Positions 1 through 12,998 of a stretch of DNA of 64,000 nt are shown here, piece after piece. Made by a program: the position numbers and the translations under genes. Source of the stretch: Raillietiella orientalis (taxonomy: Eukaryota). A model generated the notes under the pieces. That model saw only the letters and a program-made list of their open reading frames with translations. It had not been told where the DNA came from and searched no databases. The stretch's first letter is position 1, and each line of letters begins with the position of its first letter. The stretch is from positions 372,001 through 436,000 of the forward strand of contig JAYWIR010000033.1 in NCBI GenBank assembly GCA_036172245.1, read 5' to 3'.

Positions 1-205
1 GGTGCCAAAGAGCAGGGCACGAATGCTATCGCCCTGCCGTATTCCCCACACCACCGGCACGCCGTACGCTGTGAATCCACTGTAATAAATATTAATTAGA
101 GCGCGGCGCCAACATGAGCGCAGGTAGGAGATAAGGGGGGGTAGGAAGCACATGTGACCCAGGAGCCCCAGCAGGAGATCCTGATTTACGCAGTCGAAAG
201 CCTTG
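1..205 (-). mobile_element. L1/Tx1-like ORF2 RT fragment (outermost host H0)
   Basis: Manual minus-strand translation gives KAFDCVNQDLLL..YLRSCWRRAL..GIRQGDS, the same RT motifs as the other copies, with one frameshift. Confidence 0.85.
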
Positions 206-218
206 TGTGCTCCAGGGT

Positions 219-229
219 GGACGTGTTTT
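219..229 (+). promoter_or_regulatory. Representative conserved 5' terminal motif GGACGTG(T)n (candidate internal promoter or initiator)
   Basis: Present at the 5' boundary of every full-length start (9-10 copies, four families). Function is inferred only. Confidence 0.6.
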
Positions 230-1402
230 CTCGGTGCTCCTCGTGCCAGGAAGTCTCCCCCAGTGCAAGCGTCGTGTGGTTCGCTGGTCGATCAGGCAGC
301 GATGCCTGACGCGACCACCAGGGATAACCAAGGGGCAGCGGACACGCGCCCCCAGAGGCGATGGAGAGCCATGGGGCGGCGGCAACGTCACCCCCGGAGG
401 CGATAAAGGTGGGGGGCATCCGCCCCACAGAATCGGTCCCCGCTACAGCGCGGGCATAAAGCGCCGTTGTGTCGGCGCCAACGCCTGCAGCCGCGGCGGA
501 ATTCTCGGCCTAAAAGGAGGAGGGGTACAACCCCTCATTGTTCTACAAGGTAGGCAATTTTTATTCTTTAGAGAGCGCGCGCGCCTTCTCGAAGGGCATG
601 CGCACTCTCGATGTGAAAGAGGAGGAGCTCAGCGCTATGACCACCCGCAGCGGGATTCAGTACGTTGAGGTCATCTGCAAACATGCAGAGCTAGTCCAAC
701 GACTGCTTAAAACCCCCGTTGTGATGGGGACGCGCAGGCTCCTACCCACTACGGCGGACCGCAGCATAATGGTCCACCAGTTAGGCGTAACCGCGCGAAT
801 GCGCAAAGAACATGTTCGCGCTGCTTTGAAACAGTTCGGAACGGTCCACGCGCAGTGGACGAAAGTTAGTCCCTTCGAGGACTACACAAGGCTGCAACAC
901 GGCCTCACGGCTGCGCGCGTGACCGTTCGGGAGGGCTGCACTCTTCCCCACAAACTGGTGGTCGAAGGCGAAACCGTCGACCTCTGGTATGTGGGGAAGC
1001 CGAAATACTGTGGCTTCTGCAAGACGTCGGGCCACCTCAAAAAGAGGTGTCTTAATGTGCAGTGCCAAGTATGCGGCACAATGGGCCACACGAGGGAGGT
1101 GTGCCCAAAAGCAGCAGTGCGGGTGTTTTCCAAGAGAAACCTTAAAAAACGCTCCCGGCTTCTGCAGAAAAGGCTGGCGGCGAAAGATGCCGCTAAGGCT
1201 GTGCCACCCGCGCCCAAGATTCAGGCCGCATTCAAGACCCCGGCGACCAACGCCGAAAAAGTTGAGGGAGCCGGCCAGGAGACTGGGTGCCAAGTCGCAA
1301 CGGCCAAAAACTCAAAAAAGAGGAGGATGGAAAAGAAAGTCGCCTACCAACAGAAGAAGAAAGAGCAGGGTAGCGCGATAATTAAAGAGTGCGGCGTCAT
1401 TG
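219..1402 (+). mobile_element. Family A element A1, 5' part (5' UTR and N-terminal part of ORF1)
   Basis: Starts with GGACGTGTTTT. ORF 538-1542 has CGFCKTSGHLKKRC and CQVCGTMGHTREVC zinc knuckles and is interrupted at IKECGV by the 3' end of W1. Confidence 0.85.
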
Positions 1403-4126
1403 TTTATTACCCGGTTGCGCCGAAACGTTCATTAAAATATCAACTGAGAACTGTGTTCCCAGGCAAGGGGAACAGAAAATGGGGAGTAGATTTCCCGGAA
1501 CGCAGTCCGGACACACTGAGAGTTCGGAACGGGAGGGGGTAGGACAATAAATAAATAAACTGGGTGGGGGGGTGGGGACAGGGGTATATCGTCTAATTGT
1601 TCCTATTCTCAGAACCGGCGGTGAATGCCGCCGATCTCCATCCTCACTTCTGCTCCAAGATGTGGCCACCCGGCAGCCATTTGCAGGTTGCAGGCTGCGG
1701 TGTCGGGGACCGATGTTAAGACTGCTCGCATATGCAATACGTTGCGGGCCCTGACAATGGCGCGGACGCAGCAGATGATTGCGACGACCGCTCCAAGAGA
1801 AAGTCCGACACGCGTGTAGAAGCGGCTCATCCAATCCAGTGCGGTGTGTCCAGGGTGCAGGAGCGCTGAAGACAGCCGCTGCCACAGCTCCTGGAGGGCA
1901 CCGCACCAAAACAGCAAATGCGGAAGCGATTCCACCGCTCCGCATTTGGCACAGTTCGGGGACGCTACTCCCCCGGAAATCAGGTGCGCCCGCTGGTTGC
2001 AGTACAAACCCCAGTGCACCAGCAGAAAAGCGTCCTGCTTCCACCGAAGGGGGAAGAGAGTCGTGTCCAAACACGCAGAAAGGACCACAAGTTCATCGGT
2101 GGGCACCCCGAGGAGCTCACTTCAACGGAGAAGCCCCTTTGCAAGAATGCGAGGTGTGGTAGCGTCTGCCACTTCGCAAGTCCGCCATCCGCCCAGAAGT
2201 CGGGTTTCGCCTGCAATTTCGCAGGTGATCTCCCACCTCGCCGGCAGGTCACTGTCATCTCGCACCATCAGTGCACACAGTGCTTCGGCGAGTGGCGTAG
2301 CGGCTAGGCGTGTTCATTGGTCCTGGTCTTCCAGCACCTCCCCCACTGGACAGTATGGGGAAAGTTTCACGCAACGGAGTTCCAAACGGGACACATCCTC
2401 TTGCGCTGCCCAGGACGATAATGCTTCCTGCCTCCATGCGTTGAAGTTCGTCGGCCGGCAGGAGATCCACTCATGCTTTCCCAGAAGAGTGGCGAGCTGC
2501 TTCAAAGGGAAGCCGAATCCTCTTTGGGCGCGCTCCGTGCGCACATGCAACGAACGTAGTCCATCGCCACCCGTGCTGCGCCGTAGCAGCAGCCGCGCTG
2601 GAGCACACCAGGGAGTAGTCCAGAGCTGCGCACAAAGTGCCAGCATGCGGAACTGCACTAGCAGTCCGATCCGCTCCAGCGTCGGGATGCCCGATCCTGC
2701 ATCCCGCCGAGGAGCCGCCAAGTCCATCAGGCGTATCCTGGACCTCGCTGGTCCCTACAGGGCGTTACGCAACAGGCGTTGCGCCCGCCGCTTAGCCGAG
2801 TAGGAAGGGGGACAAACAAAAAAGAGGGGACCGAGGAGGGGGGCAACGAAAATGTTCCACACGAAGGCCCGTTCCGACAGGAGAAACCTGCCGCCTTGGA
2901 ACGGGCCCAGAGCAGTCTCGGCCTTGTGAAGGCAGTCCGACCACGCTTCTGCTGGACAGAAGGCGCCCAAGGGAACGCCGAGGTACTTCAAGCACCTTTC
3001 TGTGGGGATCCCCAGGCGGATCCAGTCGGACTGCCCCTCCCACGTAGAGCCAACCGGTACAACGGTTGATTTCGTCCTGTTTACGCTGAGGCCCGCTCCC
3101 CGACGAATAAGCTCGAAGAAGTCCTCGAGCCTGGACGCCAGGGTGGACATAAACAGCAGCAGGAGAAGGTGGTCAGCATAGGCGGCCACGGCCGGTGTTC
3201 CCGGGCAGGAGCTCGGCAGGTTGGCCAGCGTCAGCCTGTACGCCCTCAGCACCAACTGAAAGAAGATGCTGAAGAGCAGGGGGCTTAAGCTGTCTCCCTG
3301 CCTGATACCCCGCCGTATGGGAGCACCGTACACGTGACGCCCGCTGAAAGAGATACAGCATAACGCGTGGCGCCAGCAGGAGCGCAAGTAGGCGATGATG
3401 TGCGTCGGGAGGCCAAGACGTCCCAAAAGCTCCAAAAGGAGGTCCTGGTTTACGCTGTAGAACGCTTTGCAGATATCGACGGCGACCGCTAAGGCTCCCG
3501 GCGTTTTATCGTGCGTTGAACACCGCCGCTTTAATTTGGCAGCGGCGATTGCGGGTGCCTGGCTCTGCTGCGCCACGCGCTGCTGCAACTCGAACCATGT
3601 TCGCGCGAAGAAGAGATTCGCGTCCATGGACCGCCCCGGAACAGCATACGTCTGCTACGGACTTACCAGGGACTCTGCGATTCTGCCCAGACGCGCGACC
3701 CATAGCCTGGAGAACAACTTGACGTCCGAATTCACCAATGTGATCGGACGCCAGTTGCTGAGGTGGAGCAGATCACCGCCTTTCGGCAGGAGCCGCACCT
3801 TTGCTGAGCGGAAAGAAGCGGGAACATCTCCCGTCTCACGCATTAGCTAGGAAAGGCTTAGCACCAGGGGGACGAGCTCCGCCGCGAAGCACTGAAAGAA
3901 CTCCGCAAGCAGGCCATCCTCCTTAGGCGACTTACGCCTCTTCAGGCCCGCTATGGCAGAAGATACTTCTTTCGCCGTGAAGGGCCAATCCAGTTTGGCG
4001 CGTTCCTCCTCGTCGATAGCAGAATTGCCCGTCGGGAGGAGCAGCTCGGAAAGACTGCGTTCCGCGAGCTCCTCTGCGTACAACGAGGAGTAGTAGCGCT
4101 TGACTACGCCGTGTACTTCGGCTGCA
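1403..4126 (-). mobile_element. Family W element W1, 3' part (RT, C-terminal finger, 3' UTR, terminal hairpin)
   Basis: ORF pieces 3847-4167, 3655-3843, 2755-3627 (RQGDSLSP, YADH, KYLG) and 1609-2106 (CAKC..E..PHLLFWC). Hairpin remnant at 1403-1433. Confidence 0.9.
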
Positions 4127-5520
4127 CGCAGGGATGGTGGCTTGGGCCTTCTTACGTTGGAGCGCATCCAACTTCAAACAAGAATTCGAAAGTTAGCCCT
4201 TGCGGCTAGCTTATGGATGACGCCATTGTGCGATCCGGCACGGTACCTCGCCAGAAGAGCGACCGGCTGCGAAGGATTGTCCTCGATCCTCGTGGCCTAC
4301 CAGCGCAGCCTCCCCAACTGTGGTCCCGATTTGCGCCAGATGGTCGCCCTGATGAGGGAGAATACCTGGATCTCCTGCATCCCCGCGAACTGCACTGCCT
4401 GGCTTCAGAAGTCAGCTTCCGCGTGGGCTAAGATCGACGGCACGAGCGAGGCGGAATACAACTGCCTACGACGAGGACCGTACGCTCGACAGCCGCTGCA
4501 GGATATTATCAACACGTCCCGGAAGTTTCTGTGGGCTTCTTTCAGCCCCCTTGCCCCCGTTCTGTCCTCCCTGAAAAACAGTAGGAGCAGCAACGAGCTG
4601 GCATCGTGGGAAGTGTCCTGCCTCATCCGAGGCAGGAAAAAACCTTTAAAGGCGTGGACGACTCGGGAGCTCACTAACGGTGCCACTCCAAGCGTCCCGC
4701 CTCACGGACTTGCGCGCTGGGGAGAGCTGCTCGCAATACCTCCGGAGGAGGTGAAGTGGCCCCCAGCGTGTTGGGATTGCGCCACACTTCCGTTGAAGTG
4801 GCAGGAGACGGCGTTGCTATTTCTGCACTGGGGACTGTTAAGCACAGCACGCCTGTCTCACTGGACACTGGGAAATGTGGATGCCCGCTGTGTCGAGTGC
4901 GGAGAAAGAGAAACATTCCCGCATCTCACCCTCGAGTGTGTCGCCCTGGATATACTCTGGAGTCGAATCGCCCCAATCCTCCATCTTCCAGTAGGCGACC
5001 CTAAGGAAATTTACCGTCGCCTCTTTCTGCGTGACGGCCTGCGCCCCGCCGCGTCTCTAGCAGTCCTCTGCTGCGTGCGCGGCATTGTGCAAAGGTGGCA
5101 CGCCAGAAGAAGAGGCCCAAGATGCAGGGACGCCATCCACTGGACGACGATCTCTTTAGAGACGGCGACAAGGTGGCGTCTACCTTTCAGAGTTAAAACA
5201 GAACTTGACTGTATTCTGAACAGGATGCAAAGGACCGACCCAGGCGCTCAGTGATCCCTTCCCTGCCCCCCCCTTCTCCCCATACAACTGTTTCCCTCCC
5301 CGTTATCTCTCTTTTTGTTTGTTTTTGTTCTAGTTTTCCCTTCCCATGCGCCTCGGGAATGCACCTAACCGGTCTATGCACCGGCAACAGACACGTCAAC
5401 CAAGGTGGGAAAACCAAGTGGTTCCTACAATTAACTTTTGAAAGACTTTATTATCTAATTTTTGTAAAAAATTAGAATAATAAATGCCCCGGCATATCCG
5501 GGTGGCAAACTTCGGCTGCA
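4115..5520. repeat. Target-site duplication pair ACTTCGGCTGCA (4115-4126 and 5509-5520)
   Basis: Exact 12-bp direct repeat. Removing the insert restores the host reading CSAAAEVHGVVKRYYSSLY. Confidence 0.92.
4127..5508 (+). mobile_element. Family X element X1, 5'-truncated, with perfect 12-bp TSD
   Basis: ORF2 C-terminus (RRDGGLGL..CVEC..HLTLEC) ends at 5254, followed by 3' UTR and AATAAA-hairpin. Flanked by ACTTCGGCTGCA at 4115-4126 and 5509-5520. Confidence 0.92.
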
Positions 5521-8500
5521 GCCGAGCATTATTGGCCAGCGTCATCGAGCAGACAAGCCGCTCTAGACTGCCAAACCTGGCGCTCGGCCCTGGCCTTATA
5601 CTCCGCCAGACGCCGTACGTCCGGGCATCGAGGAAAGGTACGCGCCTGCAGATAGGATCTGCTGTTCGCGACACCCTTTCCGAAGCCGCGGGGAAGCAGG
5701 TGCAAGAGGAACCGGCAGCAGAACTCGCGGACCGATCTTTTCAGATCGTCCCAGTCCTCGAGTTCACAGATGGCGAAGCCCCGGGGGTGTTGGCGGAGAT
5801 GCTCCGCCGCCTTCGAATTGCTAAGCCAGTCGGCCGCCAACCTCCAGACATTTATCGGAGGCCCTTTGTCAGGCGGGAGGAGCTCGAACTCCAGTCTAGG
5901 ATGATCCGAAATCGCGGACAGCAGCGGCCTTCTCCGACCTCCTCGTGAGAGCAGGTGTTCAACGAGGAACGCATGGGTAGGCGATCTCTCCATCCCGGGC
6001 TCACTAGCAAGCAAGTTTTGCACGCGCACGGACGCGCATACCTCGCTCACCAGTTGCTTCTCCCTCAAGCGGCATCTCTCCTCTGTTAGCAGGTGGACGT
6101 TGAAGTCTCCTGCAAGGAGGTGCGCCACGTTAGGGCCGGAGTCAGCGAGCCAGCGGCTGCGCAGGCCACCTTGGAATGGAAGTCGCTGGGCGTAATGCCG
6201 GCCGCCGCTCGGCGCGTAGATGTTCGTAACGACCAGGTCGATCGATTCGGACCACTTGAGGACAAGTTGGCCCACACGACCTTCCTCGTCGAAACAAACG
6301 TTCCTCACCGCCTCCGCCACCCTGCCTCGTACGAGGAACGCGACTTGGCACGTGTGCGAGGAGCCTTGCCGCCAGTGTAGCGTCCCGCCCGCGCGCTCTT
6401 CCAGATCCGATGCCTGCCGTACGGAGATCTCATGTATCTCCTGCAGCAGCACCAGATCGAACGCGCGCAAAGCGTTGGCTACCGTCCGCCTTTTGTCAGC
6501 ATCACGTAGCCCGTTGACATTCCAACAGGCCACGCTGACGCGACGAGCGGACGCGAGTCCACGCATCACTGCTGCGGACATGACGGCGTGCTCCTCGCCC
6601 CGTCCGGCGAGAAGTCAGCTGGTAGGAGAGCGGATTGGGAAGCGGAATCGCTCCCGTTCGCCGCCACATCGCGCCCAGCTGAGTCCTGCGAGCCGAGGAT
6701 CATCGCCTCGGTCTCCGTGCAGGAGCCAGAAACGCCTCCGGCAACAGGCTCGTGCTTTCGCACTTTAGCCCGGCGCGCTACCGGCTTACCCCGGGATGCG
6801 CGCTCCATTTGTTTGCACTCGGACTCCACCTCGGAGTCCAAGTGCTTGGCGCGAGACTGGCGTTTTGCCAGTCTCTTTTTGTTTCGGCAGGTGGAGGCTT
6901 GCCCTGCCTGCGCGGGGGTCGTCGCAGTCGCCAACGCAGCTTCCGGAGCTTTGGCTTCCGCAGCCGCCCTCTCGCGCGAAGCGACGGAGACAGAGCACGC
7001 AGCCGTAGTGCGTACTTGGGTACGCACCTTCTTCGGCGTGCTTCTCTTTTGCCTCCCACGCACCTTAAGGATGGGGAATATTGAAGGGTCAACCTTCTTC
7101 TTCCCCTTTGTGGGCGTCCTGGAGACTCGAGTCCAGCCCGCGTCGGGGACGCCCTCCTGGGAGGCCGACGCCTCCCTCAATTGTTTGGCCGGAGATGCCG
7201 GCTCACGTTTCGCGCTCGCGGCGGGAGACGGCTCCGTCCCCGTTACGCACTGCACCTGCTCCTTAGACGATGCGGGCGAAACGCCGGTCATTGCCGTCGT
7301 CCTGCGAGGCGCTATTGCAGCCTTCGCTGCTCGTGCCTTCGGCGTGGAAGACGTGATCTCCACCGCCGTAGGAGGAGATTGCCGTTGAGAGGCAGCTCCG
7401 GGGGTACCCGCGCACGGTTTCCCGTGTGCTCCGCTGGACGCGCAAGCGGACGTGGACGGTTCAGCTTCCTTGATTGAGTGCGTGCCCGCACTCTTAGGCT
7501 GCTTCGAAGGAGGCGATTTGCCCCCAGGGCGACGTGGCATCTTTCCCGTCTGCGCGGTTGTCTGGGATGGTGGCTTCCCTGAAGCATCCGCGTCCGTTTT
7601 CGCGGAAGCTCCACTCGAAGATGCCCCGCCCTTTGCGCTCGATTTCTCCCGTGGCACAACGGGGGATCTTTTCGGCACGGACGATGTCGATTGTTGGCGG
7701 CTTTTCGCCTGCCGCTTCCTCTTCAGCTCGACGCACTCTTTGATGGAGTGGCCGAGCTGTCTACAATAGCGGCAGTTGCTTGAAGGTCACGTCCACGGAC
7801 GGTGGCCCTCGGCACCGCAAACGCCGCAAGCCAGTCGCTGACCGGCAAATTTAAGGTGGACGATCGCATCGCCCACCTGCAAGTGCGGAGGCATTTGCCT
7901 CCTATCCGCAATGGTGACACGCGCCATGGCAAGTCCGCTGTGGAGAGATGCAATCCTTTTGATCGGATTATCTGCTCTCCACAGCGCGTGCACCGTGGCG
8001 AATGCACTTAGTGCAGCGACGAGCACGCGATCGGGCGGGTCCACCTGGACGGCGGATAATCGGACCACGAACGACTGGTCCATGACCGACGGGACGACCT
8101 CCTTCCCGCGGATATTTAGCGGGGTGCATAGAAGGCGCTGGACTAGAGATGCCTCTTTGCGGTGCACCTCCCAGTGTCCGAGCGCGTTAACCGGCATGAC
8201 GGCCTGGAGGTCGTCCTGTCGGACCCCGACGCGCAAAAGCTCGCCCCACAAATTTTCTCCGACCCCGTCGGAGATAGAAGCACTCACCGGATAGCAGAGC
8301 GCAGGCTTGTAGCCATGAGCTGCATATGCCTGCAGCTCTGCTTCGTCGGGCGGTGCTCCGTTAGCTGCCGCTGCCTTGACGACGGAGGCGAAGCTTCTCG
8401 CCGGTGGCGAGACACAGGAATCAGAGGCGGACCGGACATCTGGAGTAGAGTCTCCACTGCCAGTTGCAGCCTCCACATCCATCTTTTGCTGCAGGGGCTC

Positions 8501-8588
8501 CGTGGACATCCCAGTGGGCGCAATCGGGCACACCACACACAAATAGACGGAAAGGAATCACGCTCGAGGAGCAACACAGTACACGTCC
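5509..8588 (-). mobile_element. Family W element W1, 5' part (5' UTR, ORF1, endonuclease)
   Basis: EN ORF 5529-6581 (WNVNG, LQEIH, NIYAP, AGDFN, SDH). ORF1 pieces 7787-8542 and 6566-7678. 5' GGACGTG motif at 8588-8582. Confidence 0.9.
6566..8509 (-). pseudogene. W1 ORF1 (RRM-like region, CCHC knuckles, low-complexity basic tail), frameshifted
   Basis: MSTEPLQQ..GYKPALCY..CGVCGAEGH, then a frameshift near 7790 and a Lys/Ala/Ser-rich tail ending in a TGA that overlaps the ORF2 ATG. Confidence 0.8.
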
Positions 8589-9174
8589 GTGCGGGCGTTG
8601 TGGTCGAGCGTGTTCTCGATGTTGCCGAACGCTGCCGGAAAGAACTCGCCGCTACCGACGACATCCCCTCTGTTGACACAGTCAACAGCGAGGGGAGCGA
8701 GCCGGCGGCGGCGTCCGTCATCGACACCACCATCGATGTCGTAGCCTTCGCGGGAGCAGCGGAGGAGCTGGCAACTTCGTTGCAGCCAGAACCCTCCAAG
8801 GCTGGCAAGAAGGCCGTAAGGCGTCCGGCCTCCCCTCAGGAGTCCCCCACTTCCCAGCCCGAGGTGAAGGCCCGAAGCGCAGCTTCCGTTTCCACGGCAC
8901 CGCGCAAGAAGTCTGGACGTAAGTCCACAAAGCCAAGAAAGCTCGTCTCCCCCGTCGAAGGGGAAGAGATGGCTTCCGCAAGCGAAGGTGCCATGAGCGT
9001 GGGCAACTCTCGGGACCCGTCGCCCGAGAGATTCCCACGCGCGGACACGCAGGGGATGAAGGGGGTGGAGGCCGAACAGGTGCCTCAGGTGCCTGAGAAG
9101 GCCTAAACCCCCATGAACATCCCGCCCGCCTCGCAAGAGGAGGGCTCCCCCACACCTTAATCTTCCCAGCAGTA

Positions 9175-12100
9175 ATGCCGGGAATCTCCTCCCGCCGTCG
9201 TCTGCGCATCGCCGTTTGGAACGTGAACGGCATGACAGACGCCGGCAGGAGACGAGACATGGCCGCCCTTCTGGAGTCCTACGACCTTGCGCTGCTGCAG
9301 GAGATCCACGTGATCTCATCAGAACAAGCGCCAGAGATCGAACGGATCTCCGGAGGGTAGCAATGGTACAGGTGTGGGAGAGCGAAAAGTTGCCGTGTGG
9401 CCTACCTGCTTCGGCCAGCCGTCCAGACCCCGGCTCGGGGCGTGCGGTTCGACGATAACGGTCGTGTCGGCCAGCTGACTCTCAGGTGGTCCGACTCGAT
9501 CGATCTGATCGTCACGAACGTGTACGCACCGAGCGGCAAGGACCTAAAGAACAGGAGGGCGAGAAAAGAGTTTTTCCTTGGCCTCCGGCGAGACTTGCTG
9601 ACCGAAGCAAGCGTGCGGAATGCCCATCTGGTTGCAGGCGATTTGAACGTTCGCCTGAAACCAGATGGGCAGAATCCCGAGCGTGACCTGGTCAACGAGG
9701 TGTGCATGGCGGTGCACACCTGTAATCTGTTGGCCAGTGCACCGGGGATGGAAGACAGCATTGACCACGTGTTTCTTGACGAGCACCTGTGCCTTCGCAT
9801 GGGCAGGCGCAGCAAGTTACCGTGCGAGCTGTTCGATCATCGCCCGCTAGTCCTTGAAATCCATCTGCGCGACAGGGGCCCCCCCTCGTCAGCCTTGCGT
9901 CTCCCAGAGGACTGGCTAAAGCTCCCGGACGCGGCGGAACATCTCCGCACGTTCATACGGAGCTTCAGGCTGCGGACACTCCAGGATTGGGACCGCTTCA
10001 AGCGGTCAGTCCAGGAGTTCTGCCACCAGTTCCCTCTACACCGCCTACCTAAGGGTTTTGGGACTGGGATCCGTAACGAACGAGCCTACCTCCAGGCCCG
10101 TCGTTACGCCAGGACCCCCGACATCCGCAGGCTGGCGGAATACAAAGCGGGATCCGAGAGGCAAGCCTGGCAGTCCGGATCGGCCAGCTTACTGGACGAT
10201 CAGGGCCAGGAGCACTCGGCACCTGCCCAAATCCGCGGCCTGCTGCGAAGTTACTACTCCTCCCTGTATGCCAAGGCACCTCCGGAGAGGAACGTCTCAC
10301 GACTTTTGCTTCAGGAAGGCGCATTAGCGATCAAGAAGGAGCAGAGAAAGACCATCGACGAGCCTTTCACGATGGACAAGATCCTCTCGGCCATCGGAAA
10401 GCTCAAGAGGCGAAAGGCTCCAGGGGAGGACGGCCTGCCCGCGGAGTTTAAACAAACTTACGCGGCTGAGCTTACCCCCCTAGTACAGCAACTTACCTTG
10501 CTGATACGCGAAACATGCGACGTTCCCGCCTCGTTTCGTTCGGCAAAGGTGCGGCTCCTCCCTAAGGGAGGAGATCTGAGGAGCATGAACAACTGGCGTC
10601 CCATCACAATAGTGAACGAGGACGCCAATTTGCTGGCTAAGGTTTGGGCAGAGCGTCTGGGACGGGTTGCCAACATCTTCATCAGCCCGGAACAGACATA
10701 TGCAGTTCCCGGGGGAAGCATGGAGGCGAACCTGTTCCTCGCTTCCACCTGGCTAGAGCTCCATCATGAAAGGAGCTTGGAGCGCAGACGGAATTCCGGT
10801 GCGTGCGCCGGAAAGAAGTTGGTTTTCGGGTGGGGGAGGGAGCCCTTGCGGTCGCAATCGAATTGCGAAAAGCATTCGATTGTGTCGACCAGAATCTCCA
10901 TCTGGAGCTTCTGGAACGCTTGGGCTTCCCGGCCTCATTAGTGGCCCATCTACGCTTTTGCTGGCGCGACGCGCTTACCAATGTTACTTTCAGGGGGCAG
11001 ACCGTGCACAGCGTGCCGGTGCGGCGTGAGATCCGGCAGGGAGACAGCCTGAGCCCCTTGCTCTTCAGTACCTACTTTGAGTTGGTACTGAGAGCGTACA
11101 GGGTAACTCTGGCACACCTGATGCACGACTGTTCCGGTACGCCGGCCGTTTCAGCATACGCGGATGACCTTCTGCTGCTGCTCCCTATGTCCACCCCGGG
11201 AGCGGCGGTCGAGGATTTCTTCGACCTGCTGCATCGGGGAACCGTACTTACGGTGAACATGGCGAAGTCGTCCGTGATGCCAGTTGGTGCGGCGTGGGCA
11301 GGGCAGCAGGACTGGGTCCGTTTAAGGATCCCCACGGTGAGGTACTGTAAGTACCTTGGTGTACAGTTGGGGGCCTTCTCCCCTGCGGAAGCGTGGTCCG
11401 GCTGCCTCCAAAAAGTAGAGACGGCGATCGGCCCGTTACGAGGCGGCAGGTTTTTCCTGCCTGAACGGGCCGCGGTTTGGAACACGTTCGCGGCTGCTTC
11501 CCGTCGCCCCCTGGTTTTTGTTTGCTCCCCCACAGAGAGAATTAAAAAGCGGACAAAGGTCCTCCTCCGTATCGCCCTTTGGGGCAACGGGAGGGCCCGA
11601 GTCTGCTTAAAGGACTTGTGCGCTCCTCGTCGGGATGGTGGTCTGGGCCTCCTGACGCTGGAGCGACTGGAGCTTCAGCTCCAGTTCCGATTGTCGGCAC
11701 TCGTTCCAGAGTTGTGGTGCACCTGTTGGTGCGTCCCTGCACGTCTCCTTCTCCAGCAAGCAACCAGCAAGACGCGACTGACTTCGTTTTTTGCACTTCG
11801 TCGCCGCGTCAACCGATGCGGACTCTAGCTACGGAGGGTCGCTGCGCTGTATCGCAAAAATAGAGGATTGCTCACCTGTCTCCCTTTGAACGGTAGTGCC
11901 TGGTTGCAGGAAACCGTTCGAACGTGGGGACAGTTCGGCATGCAACGCTCCCAACAGGAACGAAGGTTCCTGTTTGGGTTTTACAGAAGTTGCACGCTCT
12001 TCGAGATCCTGGAGGATCCAAAGAAGAGAGCGTGGGCAGGAAGAACCTTCCTCGCTGCTGCGCTTCCTTCCCTGATGGAAGATCTGGACAGCGATGTTGC

Positions 12101-12755
12101 GGTGAGGTGAAAGGTTTCAGTTACAATCTCCGGAAAGGAGAAGAAGATAGGAAAGTGGAAGACGGGCCAGTTAACAGACGCTGCGTCCCCGAGTACGCCT
12201 CCCAATGGACTTCGGCGCTGGGGCGGGCTGCTCGATGTTCCCACTGAACATCTGAAGTGGCCCCCGGTGCTCATGAACACTTTCACCATCCCCTTAAAAT
12301 AGCAGGAGTCGGCTCTCCTGTTGCAGCACTGGGGACTCCTCTGCAACGCCCGCCAACACCATTGGACCTGGTAAGCGGTGGACCCCAATTGCGTCAGGTG
12401 TGGGGAACGGGAGTCCCTCCCCCACCTGCTAGTGGATTGTGTTGCCCTTCGGCCCCTTTGGTTTCGCTTTGCCGCGTCCATCGGAATCCCCTACTGCAAC
12501 CCCAGTTACGCACTGAAAGCCCTCTTCGTTGCCGAAACCATTCGGCCAGCGGCCTCGTTAGGAGCTTTATGCTGCTTACGCGGGATCGTCACCGCCTTGA
12601 GCAAGGCTACGGGAGAACAGCGCGACCAGGGTGCCATCCAGCCAGCCTCCCAGTTGCTGGAGAGGGCGTTTCGATGGCCCCACCTGGATCCAGAAATACA
12701 GAAGGAGCTTGCCGGCATCCTGCAAAGGATGCAACGGCCCCACCAGCAACTGTGA
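9175..12755 (+). pseudogene. A1 ORF2: APE endonuclease, reverse transcriptase and C-terminal Cys/His finger; full length but disrupted
   Basis: WNVNG, LQEIH, GDLN, IDH; KAPGEDG, NWRPIT, KAFD, RQGDSLSP, YADD, KYLG; CVRC..HLLVDC. Several stops and a frameshift near 10820. Confidence 0.92.
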
Positions 12756-12942
12756 TCCCTTCCCTTACCCTCCCAACTTTTCTTTTCTTTTTTGTTTTGT
12801 TTTTTGTTTTTTCCCCTCCCCCCTGCTGCCGTGGTGGATCGTACCGGTCAGCGAATCGGTGACCCGGCAGGCTCTGTGTTTCTATGTGCGTGGCTGGAGC
12901 AATGGTCCAGCCACCGCACTTCTTTGTGAAAGTTTATTTTAC

Positions 12943-12973
12943 AATAAACGCCCCGGCGAAATCCGGGTGAAAA
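12943..12973 (+). terminator. Representative conserved 3' terminus: AATAAA + CCCGG-N5-6-CCGGG hairpin + TG + 0-4 A
   Basis: AATAAACGCCCCGGCGAAATCCGGGTGAAAA. Homologues are present at 12 other element ends in the window. Confidence 0.75.
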
Positions 12974-12998
12974 TCGAACGCCCTGCTTACTCGAAGGC

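Larger units (their letters stand above)
8589..12973 (+). mobile_element. Family A element A1, 3' part (ORF1 tail, entire ORF2, 3' end)
   Basis: Resumes the ORF1 motif (GVVVERV), has a TAATG junction at 9173-9177, ORF2 to 12755 and an AATAAA-hairpin at 12943-12973. Confidence 0.88.

Noticed and set aside
1844..2803. Long ORFs antisense or out of frame to element ORFs (also 14532-15491, 17318-18502, 18001-19161, 36428-37564, 56715-57956)
   Set aside because: Shadow frames of GC-rich LINE coding sequence with no recognisable motifs; not conserved between families.
9358..12375. In-frame TAG/TAA as an alternative genetic code or programmed readthrough
   Set aside because: Stops fall at different positions in different copies, replace various residues and co-occur with frameshifts.
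9175..12755. Bacterial RT system (retron, group II intron, DGR) or LTR/DIRS element
   Set aside because: APE-RT-finger ORF2 with a CCHC ORF1, TSDs and 5' truncations identify non-LTR elements. No LTRs, protease, integrase or tyrosine recombinase are seen.
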